From NCBI GenBank assembly GCA_020725385.1, contig DYFC01000057.1, positions 1 to 43,454 of the forward strand: a stretch of DNA of 43,454 nt. The letters run 5' to 3'. The translations under genes and the position numbers were made by a program. Below the pieces are notes generated by a model. It was not told where the DNA came from, made no database searches, and saw only the letters and a program-made list of their open reading frames with translations. This stretch comes from Nitrospira japonica. Lineage in GTDB: Bacteria > Nitrospirota > Thermodesulfovibrionia > Thermodesulfovibrionales > SM23-35. Below, piece by piece: positions 17,649-29,945 of the stretch. Within the stretch, counting starts at the first letter, position 1, and the number at the start of each line of letters is the position of its first letter.

Positions 17649-20600
17649 TTATTCTGTTTGTTCTTTAAACTTTTTGAGATACTCTATAGTTGCTTTAAAT
17701 GTAGCTTCTGCGGCTTCTTTATTCCTTGGATCATTCCAATCATCATACCAGGAGGGATGCGCTTTTACCCCTGATATCCCTGTATCCCAATCCCTGTGCG
17801 CATATTTGTCCTGCAAACTATGCAATCCTTTCCCCAGATTAGCTAATGCTGCTTTATAATTTCCCTTCTTCCAGTATTTCAGCGCCTTTTGAAGCTCCAC
17901 ATTTGCCCAATAATCCCTTGTATCGCCGACACCCTTTTTAAATAACTCAGGTTGATTGAAATGACGCGATTGCTCTCCAAATAGTGGCAACCAATTAGAC
18001 CAAGGGCCAGCATCTGTCGCATTATTCCCTCTTGCTATTATCTTTGCGTCTTTATTACTGAACCCTACCTGCCTTGCCCAGATGTATGTGCCATAATTAT
18101 AATTACCAATCCCTGAATGCACATCCTCTCCCCATCTGCCATCAAGATCCTTGTATTTATACGGATTGTTCATTGAATAGCTATATCTATTCAAAAGTTG
18201 TGGATTCAATAACATCTTCTCATTCGTCTTACTTGTCCTTGAATCAATCGGGCCAACTGGATCAACCACTATAAACCTTCCAATCCTCGATTCCATATAT
18301 CTCGCACCGAAATAGTACAACCCTGTTTCTTTATCTTTTTCCTTGCCTACAAACTTTTCATTGTTTTCAATTGTTCCAGTAATAGTTTGTTCTTCTCCAA
18401 ATGGTTTATAATCTGCTTTCCAGACAACTGTCTTTGATGTATTTGTCATAGCCATAGGTGTTCCTGCAGGGTCTGTGTGATAAAAGTATAAACCAGAGGG
18501 CACTACCTTTGCCATGAGCTTTTCATTTCCATAAATGTAATCAGCTAGGCGGTTGCCACTACTGTCTGTCTCGGAGAGTACCCTTCCATCCAGATCATAA
18601 TGATAAACAATTGTCTTACCATTTGCTGTCTTTGTTACCCTCATCCCATCTCCATCATATCCAAAACTCGCAATTGTAGAAGTACCTAATTTGTAAGTCC
18701 TGAGATTATTTAAATAATCGTAAGTCAAACTATAACTTACTCCTTTCCACGTTGTTGCTGTGAGGCTACCATATCCATTATAACTGAAAGTCTGCGGTTC
18801 TCCTCCAGATGTGGAACTCAATCTATTGCTTGAGTAAGAATATGAAGTAGTGTTTCCTGCAACAATTTTACTCAATCTGTTCCCTATTGAATCATACGTA
18901 TAAGAGCCGATACCCCATGCACCGTTGAATCCTGTTAGCCTGTTAAGACTGTCATATGAAAATGACTGGTTCTTAGAGCTCTCAATATAATTTGTAATAG
19001 ATGTTGTATTTCCCCTGCTGTCATAAGCATAGCCATTATCAAATGCTGTTCCCGCGGTTATCCTTGTTGTGAGATTCCTACTATTATATGTGATATTTGT
19101 GGTTATTCCGTTTGAAAATGTATAAGCTGTTGGAAGCCCTGCTGTATTGTAAGTGATATTTAGAACGTTTCCCCCAAACCCGGTTATTTCGGTTATCTGA
19201 TTATTAGAGTTATATTTATATGTAACCCATATACCTGTAGGATAATAATGATTAATTATATTATCGTTAGCATCATAATCATATCTCGTTGAGTATACTC
19301 TTCCTGCTATGCTCTCCACCTTTTGAGTAAGACGGTTTGCTGCATCATATGTGTAATCAATATCTGCTGATAACGAAGTCATGCCTGTTCTATTATCTGC
19401 ATTGTCATAGTCGAAATAGATTGTCTCTCCTTCATATGTGATTTTTGTAAGGCGGTTGATGCTATCGTATGTATAATATTTCGTGCCGAGCGAATCGGTT
19501 TTTGCTGTCATATTACCAACATTGTCTCTTGTATAGCTGATTGTACCATTTTCAGGATGTGTCTCTGAGATTAGAAAATTCCTCGTATCATAAGAATATG
19601 TCCTTGTCAAAGTACCTTGTGTAATACCTGTGAGACTCCCAAGAATGTTTCTGCTATAATTCGTAGTGTTACTGAGCGCATCTTTAACCGAAACAAGAAA
19701 TTTTTCATCGGGGTCTCCAAAGGCGTTGTAAGTTAGCAGGGTTGTTTTACCTGCCTCGTCAGTCACTGTTACATTGCTTCCTGAATAAGAGTATGTGATC
19801 TTTGTGCTATCCTTATGTACTGATTCCTTTGTCCTTCCAAAGTTGTCATAATAAACAGTGTCGCCTATATTTGATGTAGTGTAACTTTTTAATCCACAAC
19901 TTTTGTATATAACATCCGTGTCAACACCTTTGCTGTCATAAGTTCCTGATGGCCTTCCAAACCCGTCATAGTAATAATAAATGAAATACCCACCTCTGTT
20001 CTCCATTTTGTATGAATTGTCTGAAGGATATGTGAAATTAGTTGGATTTCCAACAGGCGGGGTTATCTTTGTCAATCTCAGGTTGCCATCATAAGTGAAA
20101 TTTGTTGTATATCCTCTTCCATTAGTCTCGCTCGCAATGGTTCCATTGCTATTTATGGAGCGCGTAATGGAATATATCGGGTTTGTTATCTTTGAGATTC
20201 TACCATTGCTCCACTGGTAGGAAGTTGTTTTCCCGTTGGCATCAGTAGTGGAATAGAGGTTTCCGTTGTTGTAATAGGAATAATTTATTACAACACCATA
20301 TCTATTCTCCTGTGTAAGATTACCGTTACCGTCATAAGAATAATTTATCGCAAAAGTGCCAGGAAAACCTCCCGAAACAGCCTCTGACAAAGGTTTATCA
20401 TGGACAATATTTTTTGATGTATTATACCAGTAGGTTTTTGTGGTTGTTCGTGTTTTATCACCGGATTCAGAAATGGTTTTCGGGTTACCATAGCTATCAT
20501 AATTGCTGTAGTCAGTTGAATAAGTTTTCCCATCTCTTGTTATTGCTCTCTTGGTTAAATATGGAACATATATGTAGCTGTCTCTATGGTTAATTGGCAG

Positions 20601-21827
20601 AATATAATCATCTGTAGAGATATACGATGAATTTGTCCAATCATAATTAATCGTTTCTTCTCCAACAATCTCTTTTGATTTAGGCAATCCAATTTTCCAC
20701 ATATTACCATCTGGTAAATATGTGCTTCCATAACCATAATAACTGTATTTAACAGTTCTTCCACATGGATCACCTATCTGTGTAAACTCATTATATGTTC
20801 CTTGAGAATATGCAAATGTCCATGTTCCTGAAGGTATACCTCTGCCACTGGTACTCTTTTGCACCACAGTCCTATAGTAAAGATAAGAACCACCCATAAG
20901 AATTTGTGAAAAATTATAGGTATATGAAACTATTCCTCCATATGGACTTTTAACACTTTTAAGCTCAAGACCATTATAAGTATATTCCCATGGATTACCT
21001 GCGGGAAGATTAGCTTTAACAAGTAATGTATCGTATAAAGTTGTAAGAGCCTGGTGGGTATAAATAATGCTTACACCAGGTCCTGAAACAGAAGTAAGTC
21101 TTGTTGCCCCGTTAATGGTACTTATTGTGAAATCTATCCTTCTTCCGGCTGAATCTATAACATAAGAAATAATATTGCTTCCTGATGATTTGTAATAAAT
21201 ATTGATTGTATTACCATTAACATCCTCTATTTTAGTTGCATAATAAATCGAGTGCTTGGGCCAGTTTGGAAGTGAAGGGCCGGGTTGACCATAATATATC
21301 TTTGTTCCATTGGTTAAAGTTAGAATATAACTTGTGCCTAAATCTAACAACCAATAATCTTTAGTTATAAACTGTGATGAACCAGGTTTAATATACGCTA
21401 CATGTCTCGAACCATCTGGCATCTCTATAACATGCTGAACATTTACACTTGATGATTTAAAGAGTCTTCCAAAATGCAGTGTCCAGCCATAACCCAGCCA
21501 TGTATTTTCACCTTTTTCACATGTGCAAGAACTTCCAACACATGTCCAGCCATTACAAACATTCTTCGAGTTAAATGTCCTCTGGATGACAAGGTCAAGC
21601 CCGCCGTTGCCAGGAAGCTTGAAATCTACATGGCTGAGAATCAGCCCCCCTGTAAAAGGGTCTATATGCTCCTCAGGCATGGATGAAAGTGTCTCTCTGT
21701 GAGGATCGATTCCCGGCGAATCATAAATCTGGTCATATGCATATATTGAAATTGATGATAAGAAAAAAAGAACAATGGCACAAATACTTGTAATTAAAAT
21801 TAAAGAAGTTTGGAATCTGCTTTTCAT
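17649..21827 (-). CDS. Secreted RHS/YD-repeat polymorphic toxin with a C-terminal Zn-dependent PLC/P1-nuclease-fold domain
   Basis: Sec-type signal peptide; YD repeats (YTYDSINRL etc.); Rhs core GKEKDKETGLYYFGARY...GRF...DP...NRYSY..NNP....DLDG; AAGGAGG SD. Confidence 0.93.
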   Translation of the reverse strand: MKSRFQTSLILITSICAIVLFFLSSISIYAYDQIYDSPGIDPHRETLSSMPEEHIDPFTGGLILSHVDFKLPGNGGLDLVIQRTFNSKNVCNGWTCVGSSCTCEKGENTWLGYGWTLHFGRLFKSSSVNVQHVIEMPDGSRHVAYIKPGSSQFITKDYWLLDLGTSYILTLTNGTKIYYGQPGPSLPNWPKHSIYYATKIEDVNGNTINIYYKSSGSNIISYVIDSAGRRIDFTISTINGATRLTSVSGPGVSIIYTHQALTTLYDTLLVKANLPAGNPWEYTYNGLELKSVKSPYGGIVSYTYNFSQILMGGSYLYYRTVVQKSTSGRGIPSGTWTFAYSQGTYNEFTQIGDPCGRTVKYSYYGYGSTYLPDGNMWKIGLPKSKEIVGEETINYDWTNSSYISTDDYILPINHRDSYIYVPYLTKRAITRDGKTYSTDYSNYDSYGNPKTISESGDKTRTTTKTYWYNTSKNIVHDKPLSEAVSGGFPGTFAINYSYDGNGNLTQENRYGVVINYSYYNNGNLYSTTDANGKTTSYQWSNGRISKITNPIYSITRSINSNGTIASETNGRGYTTNFTYDGNLRLTKITPPVGNPTNFTYPSDNSYKMENRGGYFIYYYYDGFGRPSGTYDSKGVDTDVIYKSCGLKSYTTSNIGDTVYYDNFGRTKESVHKDSTKITYSYSGSNVTVTDEAGKTTLLTYNAFGDPDEKFLVSVKDALSNTTNYSRNILGSLTGITQGTLTRTYSYDTRNFLISETHPENGTISYTRDNVGNMTAKTDSLGTKYYTYDSINRLTKITYEGETIYFDYDNADNRTGMTSLSADIDYTYDAANRLTQKVESIAGRVYSTRYDYDANDNIINHYYPTGIWVTYKYNSNNQITEITGFGGNVLNITYNTAGLPTAYTFSNGITTNITYNSRNLTTRITAGTAFDNGYAYDSRGNTTSITNYIESSKNQSFSYDSLNRLTGFNGAWGIGSYTYDSIGNRLSKIVAGNTTSYSYSSNRLSSTSGGEPQTFSYNGYGSLTATTWKGVSYSLTYDYLNNLRTYKLGTSTIASFGYDGDGMRVTKTANGKTIVYHYDLDGRVLSETDSSGNRLADYIYGNEKLMAKVVPSGLYFYHTDPAGTPMAMTNTSKTVVWKADYKPFGEEQTITGTIENNEKFVGKEKDKETGLYYFGARYMESRIGRFIVVDPVGPIDSRTSKTNEKMLLNPQLLNRYSYSMNNPYKYKDLDGRWGEDVHSGIGNYNYGTYIWARQVGFSNKDAKIIARGNNATDAGPWSNWLPLFGEQSRHFNQPELFKKGVGDTRDYWANVELQKALKYWKKGNYKAALANLGKGLHSLQDKYAHRDWDTGISGVKAHPSWYDDWNDPRNKEAAEATFKATIEYLKKFKEQTE

Positions 21828-22111
21828 TTTTTTTCCTCCTCCTTATGTTTTCTATTTTATATTGGGTTATTAAATTGTATATGTTATTTTCAATTACCCC
21901 TTTTTATCACTATCGTTAAAATTATTTTACGTTTGATGCCCTATGTAATATGAGCAATATACATCAGTCGAATTATTTCTAAAAATATCGTTTCGATAAT
22001 AACAAAATGTTTTTTATTTGTCTGTCGGCCAAAATTAAACTTTTTATGTAGTAATTTTATGACAAAAGTTAACTCAACTTCGGCAGCTGTGCAGCGGCTC
22101 ACTTAACCTCT

Positions 22112-22440
22112 TTAAAGAAAAAGCATCTTGGGACTGAGAGCGTTTCATCAAAAGAATATAAAAAACTACGGAGTTGAAGAAGTTGATATAACACTTTTAA
22201 GAATTTTCAAAAAAGACCCTCGAAGCTCATATATTGCTTATAAATATTTAGATGATATTAGATTGAATTTGATGAAAGTGTATAAGGCTTTAAAAAAAGG
22301 AACAAGATATGTTGTTATCAATAATAAAATCTGGGGCAAATTGTTTGAAAACTGGAAATACATAATTGAGTTAGCCAAAATTATTGACTTTAAAGTTGAA
22401 AATTATTTTGCTTCAGAAAACATAAAACATTTTATAATTC
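22112..22440 (+). pseudogene. Frameshifted C-terminal remnant of an amino (N4C/N6A) DNA methyltransferase
   Basis: LKKKHLGTESV in one frame, then KYLDDI..NL.KVYKALKKGTRYVVI-NNKI...ENWKYI...IKHFI in another; no N-terminus or catalytic motif present. Confidence 0.55.
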
Positions 22441-22486
22441 ACATTACTAAACAATACATTTTTATTTACAATGATAAAATAGTAAA

Positions 22487-23785
22487 ATGAGCATTAAAAT
22501 TCTACTTATTAATCCATGGATATATGATTTTGCGGCTGTTAATTTATGGTCAATGCCGCTTGGATTGTTTGAGGTCGCAAAATTTTTAAGCGGATATGAT
22601 ACAAGACTGCAAGTTATTGATTGTTTGGATAGTTACCAAAAAAGAGAATTCGGGGTAGGACATTATAAAAAAGAATTCGTACAAAAGCCGGAATGTCTTA
22701 AGTTAATGCCCCGCAGATTCGGAAGATATGGAATATCTATTGATGAATTTCAAAGAAGATTCTCCAAAACTAATTGTCCCGATGTCATTTTTATAACATC
22801 AATAATGTCTTACTGGTATCCCGGTATTCAGAAGGCAATTGAAATAATAAGGAAAGTATACATAAATACGCCTGTAATCCTTGGTGGCATTTATGCAACA
22901 TTATGGTACGATCATGCACTTAAAAACTCCGGTGCTGATATTGTTTATAAAGGGCATATTAATAATGATATTTGTTTGGTTTTTGAAAGCCTTGGTTTGC
23001 ATCTTGAAAATCTAAAAGTATTCAATGAACAGATTATATATAGCGATTTTTTTAATTACCCCTTTGCACCAATTCTAACAAGCAAAGGGTGTCCTTTTAA
23101 TTGTTCCTATTGCGCTTCAAGAATTTTAAACAAAGAATTTGCTCAATTTCCTCTAAATAAAATTATGGACGACATAATTAATTTCTCTTCAAAAGGGATA
23201 CAAGATTTTGCTTTTTATGATGATGCACTGCTATTTAATAGCGATACCCACATAAAACCTTTGCTACGAGAAATAATTAATAGAAAATTGAATATACGCC
23301 TTCATTGTCCAAATGGACTTCATGCAAGATTTATTGATGATGAAATGGCATATTTAATGAAAAATGCTGGATTTATAACTCTTCGCCTTAGTCTCGAAAC
23401 AGTAAATAGCGAAAGACAAAAAAATACAGGTGGAAAAGTTAGTACAGATGATTTCAAAAATGCGGTTGCATACTTAAAAAAATATGGTTTCACAAAAAAA
23501 CAAATTGGAGTTTATTTAATGTATGGATTGCCGGGACAGGAACTAAGTGAAGTAAAAGATGGAATAGATTTCATTAAAAGTCTTGGTGTGAAAATCAATC
23601 TTACAGAATTCTCTCCAATTCCCGGCACACAATGCTGGAATGAACTTATTGAAAAAGGGATTATTAATCAAAATATAGATCCTTTACTGACGAATAATAC
23701 AGTATTTTCTTATCTTTTTTCAGGGTATGATACAAAAGAGATAGAAAAAATCAAACTCGATGTAAAAAAATATAATTCTTTATAA
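22487..23785 (+). CDS. B12-binding-domain radical SAM protein
   Basis: ILLINPWIYDFAA, PLGL, ILGGIYATL, TSKGCPFNCSYC, FYDDALL. Confidence 0.9.
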   Translation: MSIKILLINPWIYDFAAVNLWSMPLGLFEVAKFLSGYDTRLQVIDCLDSYQKREFGVGHYKKEFVQKPECLKLMPRRFGRYGISIDEFQRRFSKTNCPDVIFITSIMSYWYPGIQKAIEIIRKVYINTPVILGGIYATLWYDHALKNSGADIVYKGHINNDICLVFESLGLHLENLKVFNEQIIYSDFFNYPFAPILTSKGCPFNCSYCASRILNKEFAQFPLNKIMDDIINFSSKGIQDFAFYDDALLFNSDTHIKPLLREIINRKLNIRLHCPNGLHARFIDDEMAYLMKNAGFITLRLSLETVNSERQKNTGGKVSTDDFKNAVAYLKKYGFTKKQIGVYLMYGLPGQELSEVKDGIDFIKSLGVKINLTEFSPIPGTQCWNELIEKGIINQNIDPLLTNNTVFSYLFSGYDTKEIEKIKLDVKKYNSL

Positions 23786-23797
23786 ATATAAAACGAT

Positions 23798-26363
<2,566 letters not shown>

Positions 26364-26381
26364 TCACAAAATTCATTTAGA

Positions 26382-26421
26382 AAGCTATCAAGCTTGCAAG
26401 CTGGAAAGCTTAGAAGCTTGA
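26382..26421. repeat. Octamer tandem repeat AAGCTnnn x5
   Basis: AAGCTATC AAGCTTGC AAGCTGGA AAGCTTAG AAGCTTGA between prsA and thrC. Confidence 0.85.
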
Positions 26422-26422
26422 T

Positions 26423-27361
26423 TTAGTCTTTTTTACGGGAATCTTTTTTGTCCTGTTTCTGTTCTTGCTGCTTAAGAAGTTTCTCGGCTGAATCCTCTTT
26501 CTTTTCAGGGCTTGTCTCAAGTTTTGCAAGTGCGTCCTTATTTATTTCAACTTTATAATTCTTTTTCAAAGATTCAATATATGAATCAAAAACATCTCTC
26601 TGTTTTTCAGCAGTAATACGCTGCATAAGCGCATTCTTTATTTTCTCATACTCCAATGGTTTTCCCATCTTCTTGTCAGTTACTTTAATAATGTGATAAC
26701 CGAATTTTGTTTTAACAGGTTCGCTTATTTCTCCGGGATTAAGCTTCAAAGCTGCTGCTTCGAATTCAGGAACCATCTGTCCTGATGAGAAATAGCCAAG
26801 ATCGCCGCCATTTTTTGCAGAACCGGGGTCAATAGAACTTTGCTTTGCAATAGTAGCGAAATCACCGCCTTTTTTCAATTTCTCAATAATCTTTTTTGCT
26901 TCATCTTCTGTCTTTACAAGTATATGGCTTGCTTTTATCTGGCTGACAGAAGCAAGTTCATTCTTATGTTTTTCATAATAATCCTTTGCATCCTGTTCTG
27001 TTACTTTTGCTTTTGCTTCTAATTCTTTTTCCAGTAACTGTGTTATTAAAGTTATTTTTTTATAGTCCTCAAGTTTCTTTGTGTACTCAGGATCTTTATC
27101 AAGTCCTTTTTTTAAAGCTTCTTGATAAAGCAATTCCTTTTTAACAAGTTCCTGAAGGAACTTTTCCTTGCCTTCGGGTCCTTCAAACAATTTTTGAGCA
27201 AAAGGAGGCAGGTTTTTCATCTCTCTTTCAAAATCTGCTTGAGTTATAATCGAGTTTCCTACTTTTGCTAAATACGGCCCTTTTTGTTCACCTTTCTGTG
27301 CGCATCCTGAAAATAAGACTAATAAAGATACGCTAATAATTACAGCCAATAGTTTTTTCAT
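26423..27361 (-). CDS. Parvulin-type peptidyl-prolyl isomerase lipoprotein (PrsA/SurA-like foldase)
   Basis: Lipobox FSGC; ASHILV, GGDLGYF, MVPEFE, PVKTKFGYHII. Confidence 0.9.
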   Translation of the reverse strand: MKKLLAVIISVSLLVLFSGCAQKGEQKGPYLAKVGNSIITQADFEREMKNLPPFAQKLFEGPEGKEKFLQELVKKELLYQEALKKGLDKDPEYTKKLEDYKKITLITQLLEKELEAKAKVTEQDAKDYYEKHKNELASVSQIKASHILVKTEDEAKKIIEKLKKGGDFATIAKQSSIDPGSAKNGGDLGYFSSGQMVPEFEAAALKLNPGEISEPVKTKFGYHIIKVTDKKMGKPLEYEKIKNALMQRITAEKQRDVFDSYIESLKKNYKVEINKDALAKLETSPEKKEDSAEKLLKQQEQKQDKKDSRKKD

Positions 27362-27419
27362 CTATTCCTCCTGAAGTTAGTTTTCAAATGCTATTGTTAT
27401 AACATAAACAAAGGTTTTT

Positions 27420-27448
27420 TTGACACATAAAAATTTTTATGATAAAGT
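27420..27448 (+). promoter_or_regulatory. Putative sigma70 promoter of hemL
   Basis: TTGACA (27420-27425), 17-bp spacer, TGn-TAAAGT (27443-27448). Confidence 0.55.
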
Positions 27449-27465
27449 ATCATGGTTAAAAATTT

Positions 27466-28746
27466 ATGAGAAAATCGAAAATTTTATTCAAAAAAGCTTT
27501 CAATTTAATCCCCGGCGGAGTAAACAGTCCTGTACGCGCTTTCAGAGCAGTTGGTGGAAATCCCGTATTTATTGAAAGTGGTAAAGGATCGAGAATTTAT
27601 GATGTTGATGGGAATTCATATATCGATTATGTCCTTTCATGGGGCCCTTTAATACTCGGACATGCTCACCCTCAAGTAATAAAGGCTATTCAATTGGCTG
27701 CTTTGAAAGGAACAAGTTATGGAGCGCCAACACCGCTTGAAATAGAGCTTGCTGAAATGGTTCTAAACGCCTATCCTTCAATGGACAAAGTCAGAATGGT
27801 AAATTCCGGCACCGAAGCTACTATGAGCGCTATTAGAGTTGCTCGTGGTTTTACAGGCAGAGATAAAATTATTAAATTTGAAGGCTGTTATCATGGTCAT
27901 GCTGATGGTCTTCTTGTAAAAGCAGGTTCTGGAGCAACGACTTTTGGAATACCTGATAGTCCCGGAGTTCCAAAATCATATGCGAAGAATACTATAACAT
28001 TACCTTTCAATAATATTAATGCTTTTAAGAATGTAATTCAGAATGAATGGAAAAACATTGCATGTGTTATTATTGAGCCTGTAGTTGGAAATATTGGATG
28101 TGTTCTTCCAAAACCAGGCTTTCTCGAAACATTACGTAAGCTAACTTTATCCTATGGTATTGTTTTAATTTTCGATGAAGTTATGACCGGGTTTAGAGTG
28201 TCTTATGGTGGTGCTCAGGCCTTTTATAATATCAAACCTGATATGACATGTCTTGGAAAAATAATAGGCGGCGGCCTTCCTGTTGGCGCTTATGGCGGGA
28301 AAAAAGAAATAATGTCTATGGTATCTCCCGAAGGGCCTGTTTATCAGGCAGGTACTCTATCAGGCAATCCACTTGCAATGACAGCAGGCATAATGACACT
28401 TAAAATTCTCTCCAGAAAAGGAGTTTATGAAAAGCTCGAGAGAATGGCATCTTTGCTTGAAGAAGGACTTACCGATGCAGCTAAAACAGCAGGTGTAAAG
28501 ACAAAATTTTATAGAGCCGGCAGTATGTTCTGCACTTATTTTACTGAAAAAGAAGTTATAGATTATCCAACAGCCAAACTTTCTGATACCGCCAGATTCT
28601 CAAAATTTTTCTCCGCTATGCTTAAGAGGGGAATTTATTTAGCTCCTTCACAATTCGAGGCAGGCTTCTTAAGCCTTGCCCATTCAGTTAAAGATATTGA
28701 CAAAACAGTAAAAGCTGCCTATAAATCATTCCTTGAAGTAAAATAA
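27466..28746 (+). CDS. hemL: Glutamate-1-semialdehyde 2,1-aminomutase
   Basis: [54 protein letters not shown]. Confidence 0.96.
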   Translation: MRKSKILFKKAFNLIPGGVNSPVRAFRAVGGNPVFIESGKGSRIYDVDGNSYIDYVLSWGPLILGHAHPQVIKAIQLAALKGTSYGAPTPLEIELAEMVLNAYPSMDKVRMVNSGTEATMSAIRVARGFTGRDKIIKFEGCYHGHADGLLVKAGSGATTFGIPDSPGVPKSYAKNTITLPFNNINAFKNVIQNEWKNIACVIIEPVVGNIGCVLPKPGFLETLRKLTLSYGIVLIFDEVMTGFRVSYGGAQAFYNIKPDMTCLGKIIGGGLPVGAYGGKKEIMSMVSPEGPVYQAGTLSGNPLAMTAGIMTLKILSRKGVYEKLERMASLLEEGLTDAAKTAGVKTKFYRAGSMFCTYFTEKEVIDYPTAKLSDTARFSKFFSAMLKRGIYLAPSQFEAGFLSLAHSVKDIDKTVKAAYKSFLEVK

Positions 28747-28883
28747 CCCTACCATTTTTAATTATTTGGCAGGTTTTTTATTTACTATTGCCTGCTCTAT
28801 GAATTTTCTTGTAAAAGAAAAAGGCTTATTGTAATAATATTATCATTAAATAGTAAGAAAATTATATTATAAGGTTTTATTTT

Positions 28884-29039
28884 ATGATAGTTATTGATAG
28901 AGGAAACCACCAGAAATTATACCGTCGGTTGCTTGATATAATTCAGAGAAAATCGGAACCGCTCTTTGATATTATCGAAAAAAAGCATGGTATAAAAATA
29001 ACAAAGGTTAAAAATAATTTTGAAAAAAGATTTATTTAA
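28884..29039 (+). CDS. Possible 51-aa small protein or gene fragment
   Basis: Manual ORF MIVIDRGNHQKLYRRLLDIIQRKSEPLFDIIEKKHG...; weak SD; no recognisable motif. Confidence 0.25.
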   Translation: MIVIDRGNHQKLYRRLLDIIQRKSEPLFDIIEKKHGIKITKVKNNFEKRFI

Positions 29040-29436
29040 AATTTTCTTTTGAAAGGCAGGAATATTTATTTTTAATTCAATAAATCTACTATGCATTAAT
29101 TATTGTAAATACTATAAACCCGATAAAAAAGAAGAACTATCCTGTCTTGGTTTTAGAATTATAGAACGCCTTTTAAATAAAGGAAATAAATTTGAATTTA
29201 AACCTGAAAAACATTTTCTTTCAAAAGACACTCTTAAAATTCTAAGTGTCAAACTCTGTCCTTATTGTCCATTTTATAAAAATGATTGTGATTTTGCTGA
29301 TGTTTTAAAAGACGAAATAAATCTTTCGACTATCAATGCTTCCAATTTGCCTCCCCAGTGTGGTGGGTTCATTTTTCTTGGAATTCTATTAGAAAATAAT
29401 AAAATAAATATTGACGATATTGAAAGATTAATCTAA
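29020..29436 (+). pseudogene. Cys-rich hypothetical protein, interrupted by an in-frame TGA or using a non-canonical start; absent from the ORF track
   Basis: Open frame 29053-29436 reads LLCINYCKYYKPDKKEELSC...LCPYCPFYKNDCDF...PPQCGGF; in-frame TTG at 29020 is separated from it by TGA at 29050. Confidence 0.65.
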
Positions 29437-29439
29437 ACT
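29411..29439 (+). promoter_or_regulatory. Putative sigma70 promoter for the ferritin-like/kor operon
   Basis: TTGACG (29411-29416), 17-bp spacer, TAAACT (29434-29439), 35 bp before the ATG. Confidence 0.55.
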
Positions 29440-29474
29440 CAAAGAAAATATAGTTAGTAATCAATGGAGGCATT

Positions 29475-29945
29475 ATGAATACTTTTTCTATACGCGAAGT
29501 TGTTGAACAGGCAATATTAACTGAACAACTTGGTCAGGAGTTTTATTTAAAAATGGCCCAGAAGTTTCAAGAAAATAACGAGCTCAAGAAACTTTTTGAA
29601 CTACTTGCGATACATGAAACAAAGCATGGCAAAAGTTTCTCTGAACTAATGCAAAAAGTAAAAGATGAAGAACCTGAAGGCTGGGATGAAGTTACTCTTT
29701 ATCTTAAAGCAATTGTGGATTCAGAGTTCTTTCTTGGTAAAGATAAATGTCTTCCTTCCCTTGAACATGTTAAGACAGCAGGTGAGGCTATTGATTTTGC
29801 ACTTTGTTTTGAGAGAGAGACTTTGCTTTATTATTACACGTTAAGAGAAACAATAAGCGAGAAAGATTTGATTGATAAGATTATAAAAGAAGAAAAAAGC
29901 CATATTGTATGGCTAAATAATTTAAAGAAAAGCCTTAAAGAGTAA
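29475..29945 (+). CDS. Ferritin-like (rubrerythrin-family) diiron protein
   Basis: E...FY...ETKH and E..TL.YY...EKSH paired motifs; GGAGG SD. Confidence 0.88.
   Translation: MNTFSIREVVEQAILTEQLGQEFYLKMAQKFQENNELKKLFELLAIHETKHGKSFSELMQKVKDEEPEGWDEVTLYLKAIVDSEFFLGKDKCLPSLEHVKTAGEAIDFALCFERETLLYYYTLRETISEKDLIDKIIKEEKSHIVWLNNLKKSLKE

Noticed and set aside
17187-21949. CTATGTAAT at 17187 and 21941 as a target-site duplication of the Rhs cassette
   Set aside because: A 9-bp AT-rich match is plausible by chance across the searched flanks; no terminal repeats or transposase
28768-28796. Intrinsic terminator after hemL
   Set aside because: Only a 5-6 bp stem with a 17-nt loop and no clear U-tract
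29050-29052. Selenocysteine readthrough of the TGA
   Set aside because: No SECIS-like hairpin in the AT-rich downstream sequence and the position is not in a redox motif
29028-29087. Invertible phase switch restoring the Cys-rich ORF
   Set aside because: Manually inverting 29037-29078 gives TTA TTG AAT TAA, still a stop; no invertase nearby
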